Of a DNA stretch of 64,000 bases, positions 9,621-18,521 are shown piece after piece (within the stretch, counting starts at the first letter, position 1; every line of letters begins with the position of its first letter). The stretch is from an uncultured Bacteroidales bacterium (GTDB taxonomy: Bacteria; Bacteroidota; Bacteroidia; Bacteroidales; FEN-979). Position numbers and translations under genes: made by a program. The notes beneath the pieces are model-generated. The model ran no database searches. It had not been told where the DNA came from and saw only the letters and a program-made list of their open reading frames with translations. The DNA is taken from assembly GCA_903885595.1 (NCBI GenBank), contig CAISJJ010000158.1, positions 3,984 to 67,983 on the forward strand, in the 5' to 3' direction.

Positions 9621-9800
9621 CCCCGTCCCCGACACTGGCGCCTCCTCCTGATCGAACGACCTCACCCCCGGCCCCCCCCCTTGGAGGGGAGGGGAGAGGT
9701 GAAATGGAACAAACGACTTTATAATGCCAGTTGAAACCTGGCCTGCCAGTAGGCAGGAATCCCCTCCCATCCAAGGGGAGGGGTGCAGGGGAGAGGTCAT
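9610..9800. repeat. Cluster of G/C-run hairpin repeats
   Basis: Direct repeat aacgacctcaccccc at 9610-9624 and 9655-9669. Palindromes ccccggccccccccc-ttgg-aggggaggggagagg (about 9666-9700), cctgcc-agt-aggcagg (about 9740-9755) and cccctcc-catccaa-ggggagggg (9761-9783). Confidence 0.7.
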
Positions 9801-9872
9801 TAATGTCCCAAGGTCATTTAACATGGCAGATGTCATTTTGTGTGAAAAGTAACTCATATAATTTTTGTGCTA

Positions 9873-11720
9873 TTAATTCATCTTCTTTAATACCATACTT
9901 GTCATTGGGGCAAGGATCAACGATTTACCCTTTACATTTTTTTTCGTGAGCAGGTCGATATATCCGCTGTTTGCCGGTAAGGTAAAATTCTGTTTCGTTG
10001 GTTCCAGGTTAAATAGTATCACGATCTCATCGTTAGCATCAAACCGTTTGTATGCCAGCTTTTTCCCTTCTGCGGTCAGGAAAGCTATGTTGCCGGTTGA
10101 CAGTACAGGGTTTTCATTCCGGATCCGGATGAGTTTTTGATACCACTCAAACTGTTGCTTGTTGAAGCCAACCGGGTCAAATGATTTTTCTCCCGGCTGA
10201 AAATTGTTTCTGGTTTCAGGCTCGAACGTATATTCTTTCCACCAAAGGGGTTTGCGGCAATGGGGGTCGTCGGCGCCCCACATGCCCATCTCTTCGCCGT
10301 TCCAGATATTGGGCGCCCCAATCGTGGTGAATTCATGAACCAGATAAAGCCTGAGTCGCTGGTATGTCTCCTCGTCCGGCTTGCCGGTTTTATATCCGGG
10401 GTCGTCATTGGGTGTTGCCTTGAATTTGTATTTGTTCGGGTTGTAGAAATCGGTCAGCAGGCGGGGGGCATCATGCGAAGAAGATACATTCATCATGGCG
10501 TAGCGGTTCTCTGAAGGTAACCGGTTCCACTGAAATTCAAGGCTGTCCTGCAATGATTTGGCATCGGTCGGGAAATTGTTTTTAGCAAAGAAATAGCGGG
10601 CAGGTTTGTAAACCTGGTAGAACATTACGGCATCAAACATGTCTCCATGGCTGTAAGGCAGCGGGTCCATCAGTTTGTCGGGCCATTTCGCCCACCAGAT
10701 TTCGCCCACAAGATAGGCTTCGGGTTGAACCGAACGCACGAATTTTCTGAAATCGCGCCAGAAACCGAGCCCAATCTGGTCGGCTACGTCGAGCCTGAAG
10801 CCGTCAATGCCTTTTGAAATATCTCCATCAGGTGCAAGCCATCGTTTTGTGACTGCGAAAATATGTTGCTTTGCGCCATCATTGATATCTCCTTCGTAGG
10901 GATACCCGCTGATTCTGTCTGTTGTAACATTTATTTTTTTCAACTCGGGCAGCGAGGAGACACCCGCCCAGCCGGTATAGGAAAATTCATTTTCAGACGT
11001 GGCAGGGTTGTCGAATGATTTAATTGCGTACCAGTCCTTATATACTGACTTCTCCTGGCTCTTGAGAATGTCCTGCCAGGCCCAGAACATCACACCGGTA
11101 TGGTTCCACGAATAATCCATGATGATTCGAATGTTTCGCTTATGCGCCTCAGCAACCAGTTCCAGGAATAGCTTATCTGCCGAAGTCCATCTCCATGTTG
11201 CCGGATCATCGGGATTTTCACCGGCCATGATTTTATTATCGCCCGCCGGGTCCGGACCAAAATTAACATCGATATGATGATAATTCCTGGCATCGTATTT
11301 ATGCAATGATGGTGCATCGTTCAGCGGGTTCATAAAAAGGGCTGTAACACCCAGTTCCTGCAGGTAATCCAGCTTATCAAGCACACCCTGCAGGTCGCCG
11401 CCGTATCGCCGGTACTGCGCCATCTCGCCGAAGTTCCAGCCGGTGTTTTCCGCCCATTCCTCTTTCCTGTACCAGTCCTGTGTCCATGGTGTAACCGACC
11501 ATCCGGCAGGGGCGATCATTTTCACGGGTGGAATATCGATGTTCTCCGGTTGGGGATCATTGGATTTGTCGCCGTTGTGAAACCTTTCCACAAAAATCTG
11601 GTACCAGATTACCCGCTTCGACCATTCGGGTGGTTCGTTGAATTTCGTTCTTTCACTTTGTGAAAACGTGAAATGGCTGCAAAAAAAACAAGCCAGGAAA
11701 AATAATAAAGATCGTGTCAT
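9873..11720 (-). CDS. GH13 alpha-amylase-family enzyme, secreted
   Basis: 615 aa with signal peptide MTRSLLFFLACFFCSHFTFSQ. GH13 regions WYQIFVERFHNGD, RIIMDYSWNHTG, DGFRLDVADQI, YLVGEIWW, SSSHDAPRL. Confidence 0.9.
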   Translation of the reverse strand: MTRSLLFFLACFFCSHFTFSQSERTKFNEPPEWSKRVIWYQIFVERFHNGDKSNDPQPENIDIPPVKMIAPAGWSVTPWTQDWYRKEEWAENTGWNFGEMAQYRRYGGDLQGVLDKLDYLQELGVTALFMNPLNDAPSLHKYDARNYHHIDVNFGPDPAGDNKIMAGENPDDPATWRWTSADKLFLELVAEAHKRNIRIIMDYSWNHTGVMFWAWQDILKSQEKSVYKDWYAIKSFDNPATSENEFSYTGWAGVSSLPELKKINVTTDRISGYPYEGDINDGAKQHIFAVTKRWLAPDGDISKGIDGFRLDVADQIGLGFWRDFRKFVRSVQPEAYLVGEIWWAKWPDKLMDPLPYSHGDMFDAVMFYQVYKPARYFFAKNNFPTDAKSLQDSLEFQWNRLPSENRYAMMNVSSSHDAPRLLTDFYNPNKYKFKATPNDDPGYKTGKPDEETYQRLRLYLVHEFTTIGAPNIWNGEEMGMWGADDPHCRKPLWWKEYTFEPETRNNFQPGEKSFDPVGFNKQQFEWYQKLIRIRNENPVLSTGNIAFLTAEGKKLAYKRFDANDEIVILFNLEPTKQNFTLPANSGYIDLLTKKNVKGKSLILAPMTSMVLKKMN

Positions 11721-11726
11721 AATAAA

Positions 11727-11907
11727 AGTCTTTTCAAATTCATTTTGAAATTTGTAACTCCTTGAAAACTATTAGTTTTTCATTATTCAATCTTCACTCA
11801 TCGTTTTTCATTTTACATTAGTCGTTAACCCAATGAATCGAGAACAATGGATAATTGCCAGTGAAAAATGAATAAAGAAAAATGAATAGTACGTTAAAAT
11901 TAAAACA
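11727..11907. mobile_element. Dispersed ~182-bp repeat, family B, copy 1 (possible MITE)
   Basis: About 93% identical (manual alignment, 11-12 differences) to the reverse complement of 31276-31457. AT-rich. Termini resemble an 11-bp inverted repeat (tgtttaaaWtt, clearest in copy 2). There is a possible 3-bp duplication GTC/GTC around this copy. Confidence 0.6.
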
Positions 11908-11951
11908 GTCACTGGGTTGAAATATAATAAATGGTTGAGCAAAATCATGCC

Positions 11952-12032
11952 AGTTAAAATCACGAAACATTTGTCTGCCGAAAAAAGACCCCTCCCGGCC
12001 TCCCCCTGAAGGAGAGGGGAGCCTTTTACCGG
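11952..12032. repeat. G/C-run hairpin repeat, family C, copy 1
   Basis: gtaaaatca...agacccctcccggcctccccctgaaggagaggggagccttttacc aligns with 13392-13466 in the same orientation. A related copy lies at 21664-21718. Confidence 0.65.
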
Positions 12033-12049
12033 TTGATATATCTGATACA

Positions 12050-12202
12050 TGAATCCAGTATAAAAACGCTATGATCGCCAAAAATAACAGTTGATCAAAT
12101 TGACCTCAGCCCCTAACCCCTTCTCCTAAAGGAGAAGGGGAATTTCCTCTCCTTTAGAAGAAGGTTAGGGTGAGGTGATTTTGGCTTTTTAGACCAGACT
12201 CA
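12050..12202. mobile_element. MITE-like foldback element, family A, copy 2 (153 bp, inverted relative to copy 1)
   Basis: Termini tgaatccag...ccagactca. Flanked by the direct 4-bp duplication TACA (12046-12049 and 12203-12206). About 90% identical to rc(6987-7140). Confidence 0.75.
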
Positions 12203-12366
12203 TACATATAAAAAGACAATGTTAAACATTCTGCTGCAAAAACATTTGAAATCCCCGACGAACTTTCTCCCCAAATTCAAAGGGAAATCGGGGATCCGAC
12301 CAGTACCAACTGATTTGAAATGTATTTGTATCATTCCACCCAATAAAACAAAATTTATAGTGCACC

Positions 12367-12406
12367 TCAATCAATCAATCAATCAATCATTCATTCATTC
12401 ATTCAA
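12367..12406. repeat. Tetranucleotide microsatellite (tcaa)5(tcat)4tcaa spanning the esterase stop codon
   Basis: Direct reading. The esterase stop (12395-12397) and its last codons lie inside the array. Confidence 0.9.
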
Positions 12407-13324
12407 TAAAAACGCCACCGGTATTTCAAGCCGCTTCCGCCATGCCTTTTCCGAATGATTTTCTCCCGGAAATTCCCTGGTGATCCAGTTTTTGGAAGTA
12501 TATCCCTTTGCCTTCATGATTGCATCGGCCTGTTGCTGGTAGGGTTTATACATGGCATCGAGGGTTTCGGTGCCGTAATCAAAGTAAAATTTATGATTTT
12601 TTGGCGATGGGAGATGATCCTTAAGATAGGATAAAAACGCTCCGGGTACGGGGTTGTCAACTGTCTTAAAGGTGCCGGGCCAGTGGGTCGACAGGCATGC
12701 TGCTCCGCCAAAAACACCAGGATATTCACAAATGGCGTACATCGAGATCAGGCCCCCCATGCTTGAACCGGCGATGAAGGTGTTACGCTGGTCTTTCAGC
12801 GTGGAGAAACTGCTGTCAATAAAAGGTTTCAGTTCCCTGACGAGGAAATTAAGATAGTTATCGGAAACCGGTCCGCCGGTCAGCAATCGTTTCTTTTCAC
12901 CACCTATGGCAGTTGTGTCGAGCAACTCGGTCTTTTCAGCCGGGGTCAGGAATTCAAGCGGCTTTTGAGGAAAGTATTCAATGTGACGATATTGGCCATT
13001 ATTCCAGATACCGACGACGATGCAGTTTCTGATCTTCTTTTCAGCCAGCAGTTTACCAATTACCTCGTCAACACCCCATTCCTGTTTATTCCAGGTGGCA
13101 GCAGAATCAAACAGCATCTGTCCGTCGTGCATATACAGAACGGCATACTGCTTAATAGTATCGTATCCATTGGGCAGCCACACATCGATGTTCCGGGCAT
13201 CCACGAACCGGGAATGAAAATTTTCAAATCTTTTCACGGTACCTGTTGTCAGCTGAAGCGTTTGTGCTGTTGAAGCAAATCCGGATAAAAATATCCAGAT
13301 GCTGAGTAATTTACTAATTCTCAT
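12395..13324 (-). CDS. Secreted esterase (putative esterase / CE1-like alpha-beta hydrolase)
   Basis: 309 aa with signal peptide MRISKLLSIWIFLSGFASTAQ. IDVWLPNGYD...YAVLYMHDG, nucleophile elbow GSSMGG, C-terminal His region FPGENHSEKAW. Confidence 0.8.
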   Translation of the reverse strand: MRISKLLSIWIFLSGFASTAQTLQLTTGTVKRFENFHSRFVDARNIDVWLPNGYDTIKQYAVLYMHDGQMLFDSAATWNKQEWGVDEVIGKLLAEKKIRNCIVVGIWNNGQYRHIEYFPQKPLEFLTPAEKTELLDTTAIGGEKKRLLTGGPVSDNYLNFLVRELKPFIDSSFSTLKDQRNTFIAGSSMGGLISMYAICEYPGVFGGAACLSTHWPGTFKTVDNPVPGAFLSYLKDHLPSPKNHKFYFDYGTETLDAMYKPYQQQADAIMKAKGYTSKNWITREFPGENHSEKAWRKRLEIPVAFLLNE

Positions 13325-13391
13325 ATCAGAAAGTTATTAATAGCCGTATGAAATATGAATAAAAACATTATTGATTGAAGCACAGTTATAC

Positions 13392-13466
13392 CTGTAAAAT
13401 CAAGAAGCATTTTTCTGGGAGACCCCTCCCCAGCCTCCCCATGAAGGGGAGGGGAGCCTTTTCCCA
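13392..13466. repeat. G/C-run hairpin repeat, family C, copy 2
   Basis: gtaaaatcaagaagcatttttctgggagacccctccccagcctcccc-atgaa-ggggaggggagccttttccc, with stem cctcccc/ggggagg. It lies in the 593-bp divergent region between the esterase and susC. Confidence 0.65.
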
Positions 13467-13917
13467 ACTCATTGGGTTGTTTGGCAAAATTACATTTGAA
13501 AATGATAATATTGATATTTCCGATAATTATCTGTCGATTTTTAATGATGCCAGTCAGGTTTACTGAAGCTACTGCTAAGATTCAGTTACCCAGAACTTTT
13601 GCACTAGCTAATTTTCGCAAGCTTACACAATCAAATTTACAATTGATTTTCACTGTTTTTATTATAACAGATGAAATCTGAAAATAATTTCTGACGTAGG
13701 GACGTGCGCGATTACCAACATTCAATGCATCATTCAGTTAGATTTACATAAATATCTAGATGGGGTTGGGCGATTTTTGCCTTGTGAATTGATAAACTAT
13801 TGAAATTTCTTTTAAATAATGTTAATTTTTTGTTAATTTGCACCCGGAATTTAAGGACCATTGGATTTAATTTAAAAAATCAATAAACCAAATGTTAAAC
13901 TATTAAAAATCAACTCT

Positions 13918-16899
13918 ATGAAGAAACGTGTACTATGGTTGCGTTTTCTGTTTCTTTTGGTCGCTTTTGCTTCGGCATCAGCGATTTATGCACAGGAAGT
14001 TACTGTGGGTGGAAGAGTGACAGATGCGGCAGACGGCAGTTCAATACCCGGAGTTACCGTCGTAATTAAAAATACGACACTCGGCGCAGTATCGGATATT
14101 GATGGGAACTATACGCTGAAGGTGAAACCCGGTGATATCCTGGTTTTTTCTTATGTGGGTTATCAAACACAGGAAAAAACCTTCTCCGGCGAGAAGAAAA
14201 TCGATGTTGTTCTCGCAACAAGCGTAAGCAGCCTTAATGAAATTGTGGTAATTGGCTATGGTAGCGTTAAAAAATCGGATGCAACCGGATCTGTAACTGC
14301 CATTGATAAAAAGAGTTTTAACCAGGGTCAGATTTCCTCGCCCCAGCAGTTGATCATAGGAAAAATTCCCGGTGTCCAGGTTACAACCTTAGGTGGTGCA
14401 CCTGGTGGTGATGCGGTTATCAGGATCAGGGGTGGTTCATCTCTCAATGCCTCCAATGATCCTTTAATCGTTATCGACGGAGTTCCCGTTGACAATACCT
14501 CTACCGCAGGCGCCCGTGGTAGCCTGAGTATGATCAACCCCGACGACATTGAAACCTATACCGTTCTCAAAGATGCTTCGGCTACCGCGATTTACGGATC
14601 ACGCGCTTCCAACGGGGTTATTATCATCACGACCAAAAAAGGAGTAGCCGGCAGTAAAAAAGTATCAGTTGAATATTCGGGCAATGTTTCCATGGCTACT
14701 GTACCCAAGACCGTCAGCGTGCTTGGAGCCGACGAATACCGCAGCCTTGTCAGGAGCCGTTATGCTGGGAACCAGGCAGTGCTTGGTTTGCTTGATACAG
14801 TGAACAGTACAGACTGGCAGAAAGAAATTTTCAGGTCCGCTTTTAGCACCGACCATAATCTTGCGATCTCCGGCGCTATCAGTACGATGCCTTACCGCCT
14901 TTCTGTGGGCTATTTATATCAGGATGGTATTTTGAAAACGGATAACCTGAAACGGACTTCGGTTGGTTTAAACCTCAATCCTTCTTTTTTTAAAAATTAT
15001 TTGAAGATCAATGCCAACGCAAAATATCTGAATGAAAAGAACCATTTTGCAGATAACGGCGCTATTGGTTCAGCTATTTCATTTGATCCTACCAAACCAG
15101 TCAATGCCAATAACAAATTTGGCGGTTATTGGGCATGGCTGCAGCCGGGTGATACCCTTCCTGTTGGCCAGGCTACTTCCAACCCGGTTGCATTATTAAA
15201 TATGAGGGATGACAATTCAACAGTAAACCGTTTTCTGGGGAACCTGCAACTTGATTATAAATTACATTTCTTTCCTGATTTACGTGCCGTGCTGAACCTG
15301 GGTATCGATTACTCCAAAAGCAAAGGTACCATTTATGTTCCTGAAAATGCAAGCTGGGTTTATACCAATAAAGGTACGGACAATACCTACGATCAGAAGA
15401 AAAACAACAAAGTACTCGATTTTTATCTCAACTACGTTAAAGAGGTAAAATCAATCAAGAGTAAATTCGACGTAATGGCTGGTTATTCATGGCAGCATTT
15501 TTATTTCGAAGCAAACAACCATAACAGCAATGTTCCTCATGATACCGCTCGTACGAGCGACGTAACAGCCAAAAAGGAATATTTCCTGGTGTCATTCTAC
15601 GGCCGTTTGAATTATACCCTTGCCAACAGGTATCTTCTTACCTTTACTTTGCGTGACGACGGTTCATCTAAATTTGCCAAGGATACCCGCTGGGGTCTTT
15701 TCCCATCTGCTGCACTGGCCTGGAAAATCAATGATGAGGCTTTCCTGAGAAATTCAAAGGTCATATCTCAACTGAAATTAAGATTGGGCTGGGGTAAAAC
15801 CGGACAGCAGGATCTCGGCGACAATTGGTATCCTTCACTGGCAACCTATACTATGAGCGACCAGTATGCACAATACCAGTTTGGAAACGTGTTTTATTAT
15901 ACCATGCGTGCCAATGCCTATGATGCCGGTTTGAAATGGGAAACTACCGCAACCACCAACATTGGACTTGACTTCGGTTTCATCAACGATCGGATTACCG
16001 GATCGGTTGATTATTATATCCGTAAAACATCCGACATGTTATGTTACGTTCCGGTGCCTGCCGGTACCAACCTTTCCAACTATGTATGGACAAATATTGG
16101 CGATATGAAAAATACGGGTTGGGAGTTCAACCTCGGTTTAAAAATAATCGAAGCTAAAGATTGGAAATGGGATTTCAACGTCAATGCTACCTTCAATAAA
16201 AATGAAATCACAAAGCTCACGGTTAACGACGATCCTACGTATGCCGGGATTCTTGTTGGCGGGATCAGCGGTGGTGTAGGCAATACGGTTCAGATCCAGA
16301 GCGTAGGTTACCCGATGAATTCTTTCTATGTATACCAGCAGGTTTATGATGCAAATGATAAACCAATTGAAGGTTTGTATGTTGACAGGAACAAAGACGG
16401 GAAAATTACCGATGCAGACCGATATCATTACAAAACAGCAAATCCTACCTCCACCTATGGTGTTTCAACATCCATTTCGTGGAAAAAGCTGAGCCTTGCA
16501 ACTGCTGGCCATGCTGCCGTAGGTAACTATGTTTACAACAACATCTCCTCCAGCCGTGGTGTCTATTCAAATCTTTACCGTCCCGAAGGCCCCTATCTTG
16601 GCAATGTAACATCCGATGTTTTTGATGTTAATTTTACCAATAACCAATATCTGTCAGATTATTATGTACAGAACGCCTCCTACTTTAAACTGGATTACCT
16701 CACATTGGCCTATGACTTTGGCAATGTGATCAAGAATACCGCTCACCTGCGCCTGTCATTTACCGTGAATAATGTATTCACCATCACGAAATACACCGGG
16801 CTTGATCCTGAGGTGAACCTTGGATCATCCGTGGGTATCGACAACAATATGTATCCCCGGTCAAGGGTGTTTGTTTTGGGTGTAAATCTGTTATTCTAA
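13918..16899 (+). CDS. susC: SusC-like TonB-dependent outer-membrane transporter
   Basis: 993 aa with a signal peptide. Carboxypeptidase-regulatory-like N-domain VTVGGRVTDAADGSSIPGVTVVIKNTTLGAVSDIDGNYTLKV. Plug motifs NEIVVIGYGSVKKSDATGSV and IRIRGGSSLNASNDPLIVIDGVP. C-terminal aromatic residue (NLLF). A SusD-like gene follows after 18 nt. Confidence 0.95.
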   Translation: MKKRVLWLRFLFLLVAFASASAIYAQEVTVGGRVTDAADGSSIPGVTVVIKNTTLGAVSDIDGNYTLKVKPGDILVFSYVGYQTQEKTFSGEKKIDVVLATSVSSLNEIVVIGYGSVKKSDATGSVTAIDKKSFNQGQISSPQQLIIGKIPGVQVTTLGGAPGGDAVIRIRGGSSLNASNDPLIVIDGVPVDNTSTAGARGSLSMINPDDIETYTVLKDASATAIYGSRASNGVIIITTKKGVAGSKKVSVEYSGNVSMATVPKTVSVLGADEYRSLVRSRYAGNQAVLGLLDTVNSTDWQKEIFRSAFSTDHNLAISGAISTMPYRLSVGYLYQDGILKTDNLKRTSVGLNLNPSFFKNYLKINANAKYLNEKNHFADNGAIGSAISFDPTKPVNANNKFGGYWAWLQPGDTLPVGQATSNPVALLNMRDDNSTVNRFLGNLQLDYKLHFFPDLRAVLNLGIDYSKSKGTIYVPENASWVYTNKGTDNTYDQKKNNKVLDFYLNYVKEVKSIKSKFDVMAGYSWQHFYFEANNHNSNVPHDTARTSDVTAKKEYFLVSFYGRLNYTLANRYLLTFTLRDDGSSKFAKDTRWGLFPSAALAWKINDEAFLRNSKVISQLKLRLGWGKTGQQDLGDNWYPSLATYTMSDQYAQYQFGNVFYYTMRANAYDAGLKWETTATTNIGLDFGFINDRITGSVDYYIRKTSDMLCYVPVPAGTNLSNYVWTNIGDMKNTGWEFNLGLKIIEAKDWKWDFNVNATFNKNEITKLTVNDDPTYAGILVGGISGGVGNTVQIQSVGYPMNSFYVYQQVYDANDKPIEGLYVDRNKDGKITDADRYHYKTANPTSTYGVSTSISWKKLSLATAGHAAVGNYVYNNISSSRGVYSNLYRPEGPYLGNVTSDVFDVNFTNNQYLSDYYVQNASYFKLDYLTLAYDFGNVIKNTAHLRLSFTVNNVFTITKYTGLDPEVNLGSSVGIDNNMYPRSRVFVLGVNLLF

Positions 16900-16917
16900 C
16901 TTTTAAAATTGAAAAAA

Positions 16918-18501
16918 ATGAAACGAATATTTAAGATAACATTCATGGTTCTGGCAACAACCCTGTTTTTTGCCTCTTGTGTCAAGGATCTCGACACGTT
17001 GCCGATTGACCCGCGCGACATGACCTCTGCCAATGTTTATACAACCACTTCCGGTTATAAAAAGGTTTTGGCTAAAGTCTATGCCGGTCTATCAGTCTCG
17101 GGCCAGCAAGGAGCTGCCGGTAATCCCGATATCAGTGGAATCGATGAAGGATTTGGTGAGTATCTCCGTGGTTACTGGTATCACCAGGAATTAACCACCG
17201 ATGAAGCTGTGATTGGCTGGAATGACCAGACTATCAAGAACTTTCATGCCCAGACATGGGGATCGGGCGATGTTTTTATTGCCGCCATGTATTACAGAAT
17301 TTTCTTCCAGATTTGTCAGTGTAATGAATTCATCCGTGAATCGTCGGAAACCAAACTGGACGATCGTGGTTTCAGTGGCGCTGAGAGAGCAGAAATTGTT
17401 AAATTCCGCGAAGAAGCACGTTTTTTAAGAGCGCTAAGTTATTACCATGCACTTGACATGTTTGGCAACGTTCCCTTTGTAACTGAAAATGATCCGGTTG
17501 GAAAATTCTTCCCAACCCAGATCAGGCGTGATGCTTTATTTAATTATGTTGAAAGTGAATTACGTTCAATTGAACCTTTGATGACACCCGCAAGGCAAAA
17601 TGAATATGGCCGTGCCGATCAGGCTGCTGTTTGGTCATTGCTGGCAAAATTGTATCTCAATGCCCCTGTTTACAATGGACAGGATAAAAACACAGAGTGT
17701 ATTACCTACTGCAATAAAGTGACCGGAGCAGGATATGCATTGGAAGCTGATTATGAGAAACTCTTTTTAGCCGATAACAGCGTCGATAATCAGGAAGTAA
17801 TTTTCGCTATCAACTTTGACGGGTTAAAGACCCGCACCTGGGGCGGCACTACTTTTATCATTCATGCTGCCGTTGGCGGAAGTATGGTGCCTGCTGATTA
17901 TGGTGTTGATGGTGGTTGGGGTGGAACCCGTACCACGAGTGCATTGGTTAATAAATTTAACCTTGCCTCTGATCAGCGTGCCATGTTCTGGACTGATGGA
18001 CAAAATCTTGAAATCAATGACATTGGTACTTTTACAGATGGTTACGCCATTACCAAATTTAAAAATGTAACAAGTGCAGGTGGCGGAGGTCAGGATAAAA
18101 CCTTTACCGACACCGATTACCCGTTATTTCGTTTGGCCGATATTTATCTGATGTACGCCGAAGCGGTCAAGAGAGGCGGAGCAGGTGGTGATGAGGGTAC
18201 TGCCCTTACTTATGTGAATGCACTCAGGGAGAGAGCTTATGGCAATACCAGTGGAAATATCAACGCCAATCAGCTTACACTTGATTTTATCCTGGATGAG
18301 AGGGCACGTGAACTCTTCTGGGAAGGACATCGCAGAACGGACCTTATCCGTTATGGCAGATTCAGTCAGAGTACCTACTTGTGGCCATGGAAAGGTGGCG
18401 TTTCCGACGGGGCATCAACTGCAATTACCTATAACCTGTTCCCGATACCATCAGCTGATGTTTCGGCTAACTCGAACCTTACCCAAAATCTAGGTTATTA
18501 A
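16918..18501 (+). CDS. susD: SusD-like starch-binding outer-membrane lipoprotein
   Basis: The track start at 16909 is a TTG; the ATG at 16918 gives MKRIFKITFMVLATTLFFAS-C. Typical SusD/RagB length, position and C-terminal region (ERARELFWEGHRRTDLIRYG). Confidence 0.9.
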   Translation: MKRIFKITFMVLATTLFFASCVKDLDTLPIDPRDMTSANVYTTTSGYKKVLAKVYAGLSVSGQQGAAGNPDISGIDEGFGEYLRGYWYHQELTTDEAVIGWNDQTIKNFHAQTWGSGDVFIAAMYYRIFFQICQCNEFIRESSETKLDDRGFSGAERAEIVKFREEARFLRALSYYHALDMFGNVPFVTENDPVGKFFPTQIRRDALFNYVESELRSIEPLMTPARQNEYGRADQAAVWSLLAKLYLNAPVYNGQDKNTECITYCNKVTGAGYALEADYEKLFLADNSVDNQEVIFAINFDGLKTRTWGGTTFIIHAAVGGSMVPADYGVDGGWGGTRTTSALVNKFNLASDQRAMFWTDGQNLEINDIGTFTDGYAITKFKNVTSAGGGGQDKTFTDTDYPLFRLADIYLMYAEAVKRGGAGGDEGTALTYVNALRERAYGNTSGNINANQLTLDFILDERARELFWEGHRRTDLIRYGRFSQSTYLWPWKGGVSDGASTAITYNLFPIPSADVSANSNLTQNLGY

Positions 18502-18521
18502 TATTTTTAAATCAAGATAAT

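Noticed and set aside
11721-11760. Leader peptide in family B copy 1: aaggag-N14-ATG AAT TTG AAA AGA CTT TTA TTA TGA, overlapping the GH13 start as ATGA
   Set aside because: The second copy of the repeat (31276-31457) faces away from its neighbouring gene and there encodes a different mini-ORF. Bacteroidota generally do not rely on Shine-Dalgarno pairing. This is probably coincidental, although ribosome profiling could reopen the question.
6987-12202. GH2 and GH13 as cargo of a composite transposon bounded by the two inverted family A copies
   Set aside because: Each copy has its own matching 4-bp duplication (ATGA/ATGA and TACA/TACA). This indicates two independent insertions rather than one mobilisation of the intervening segment.
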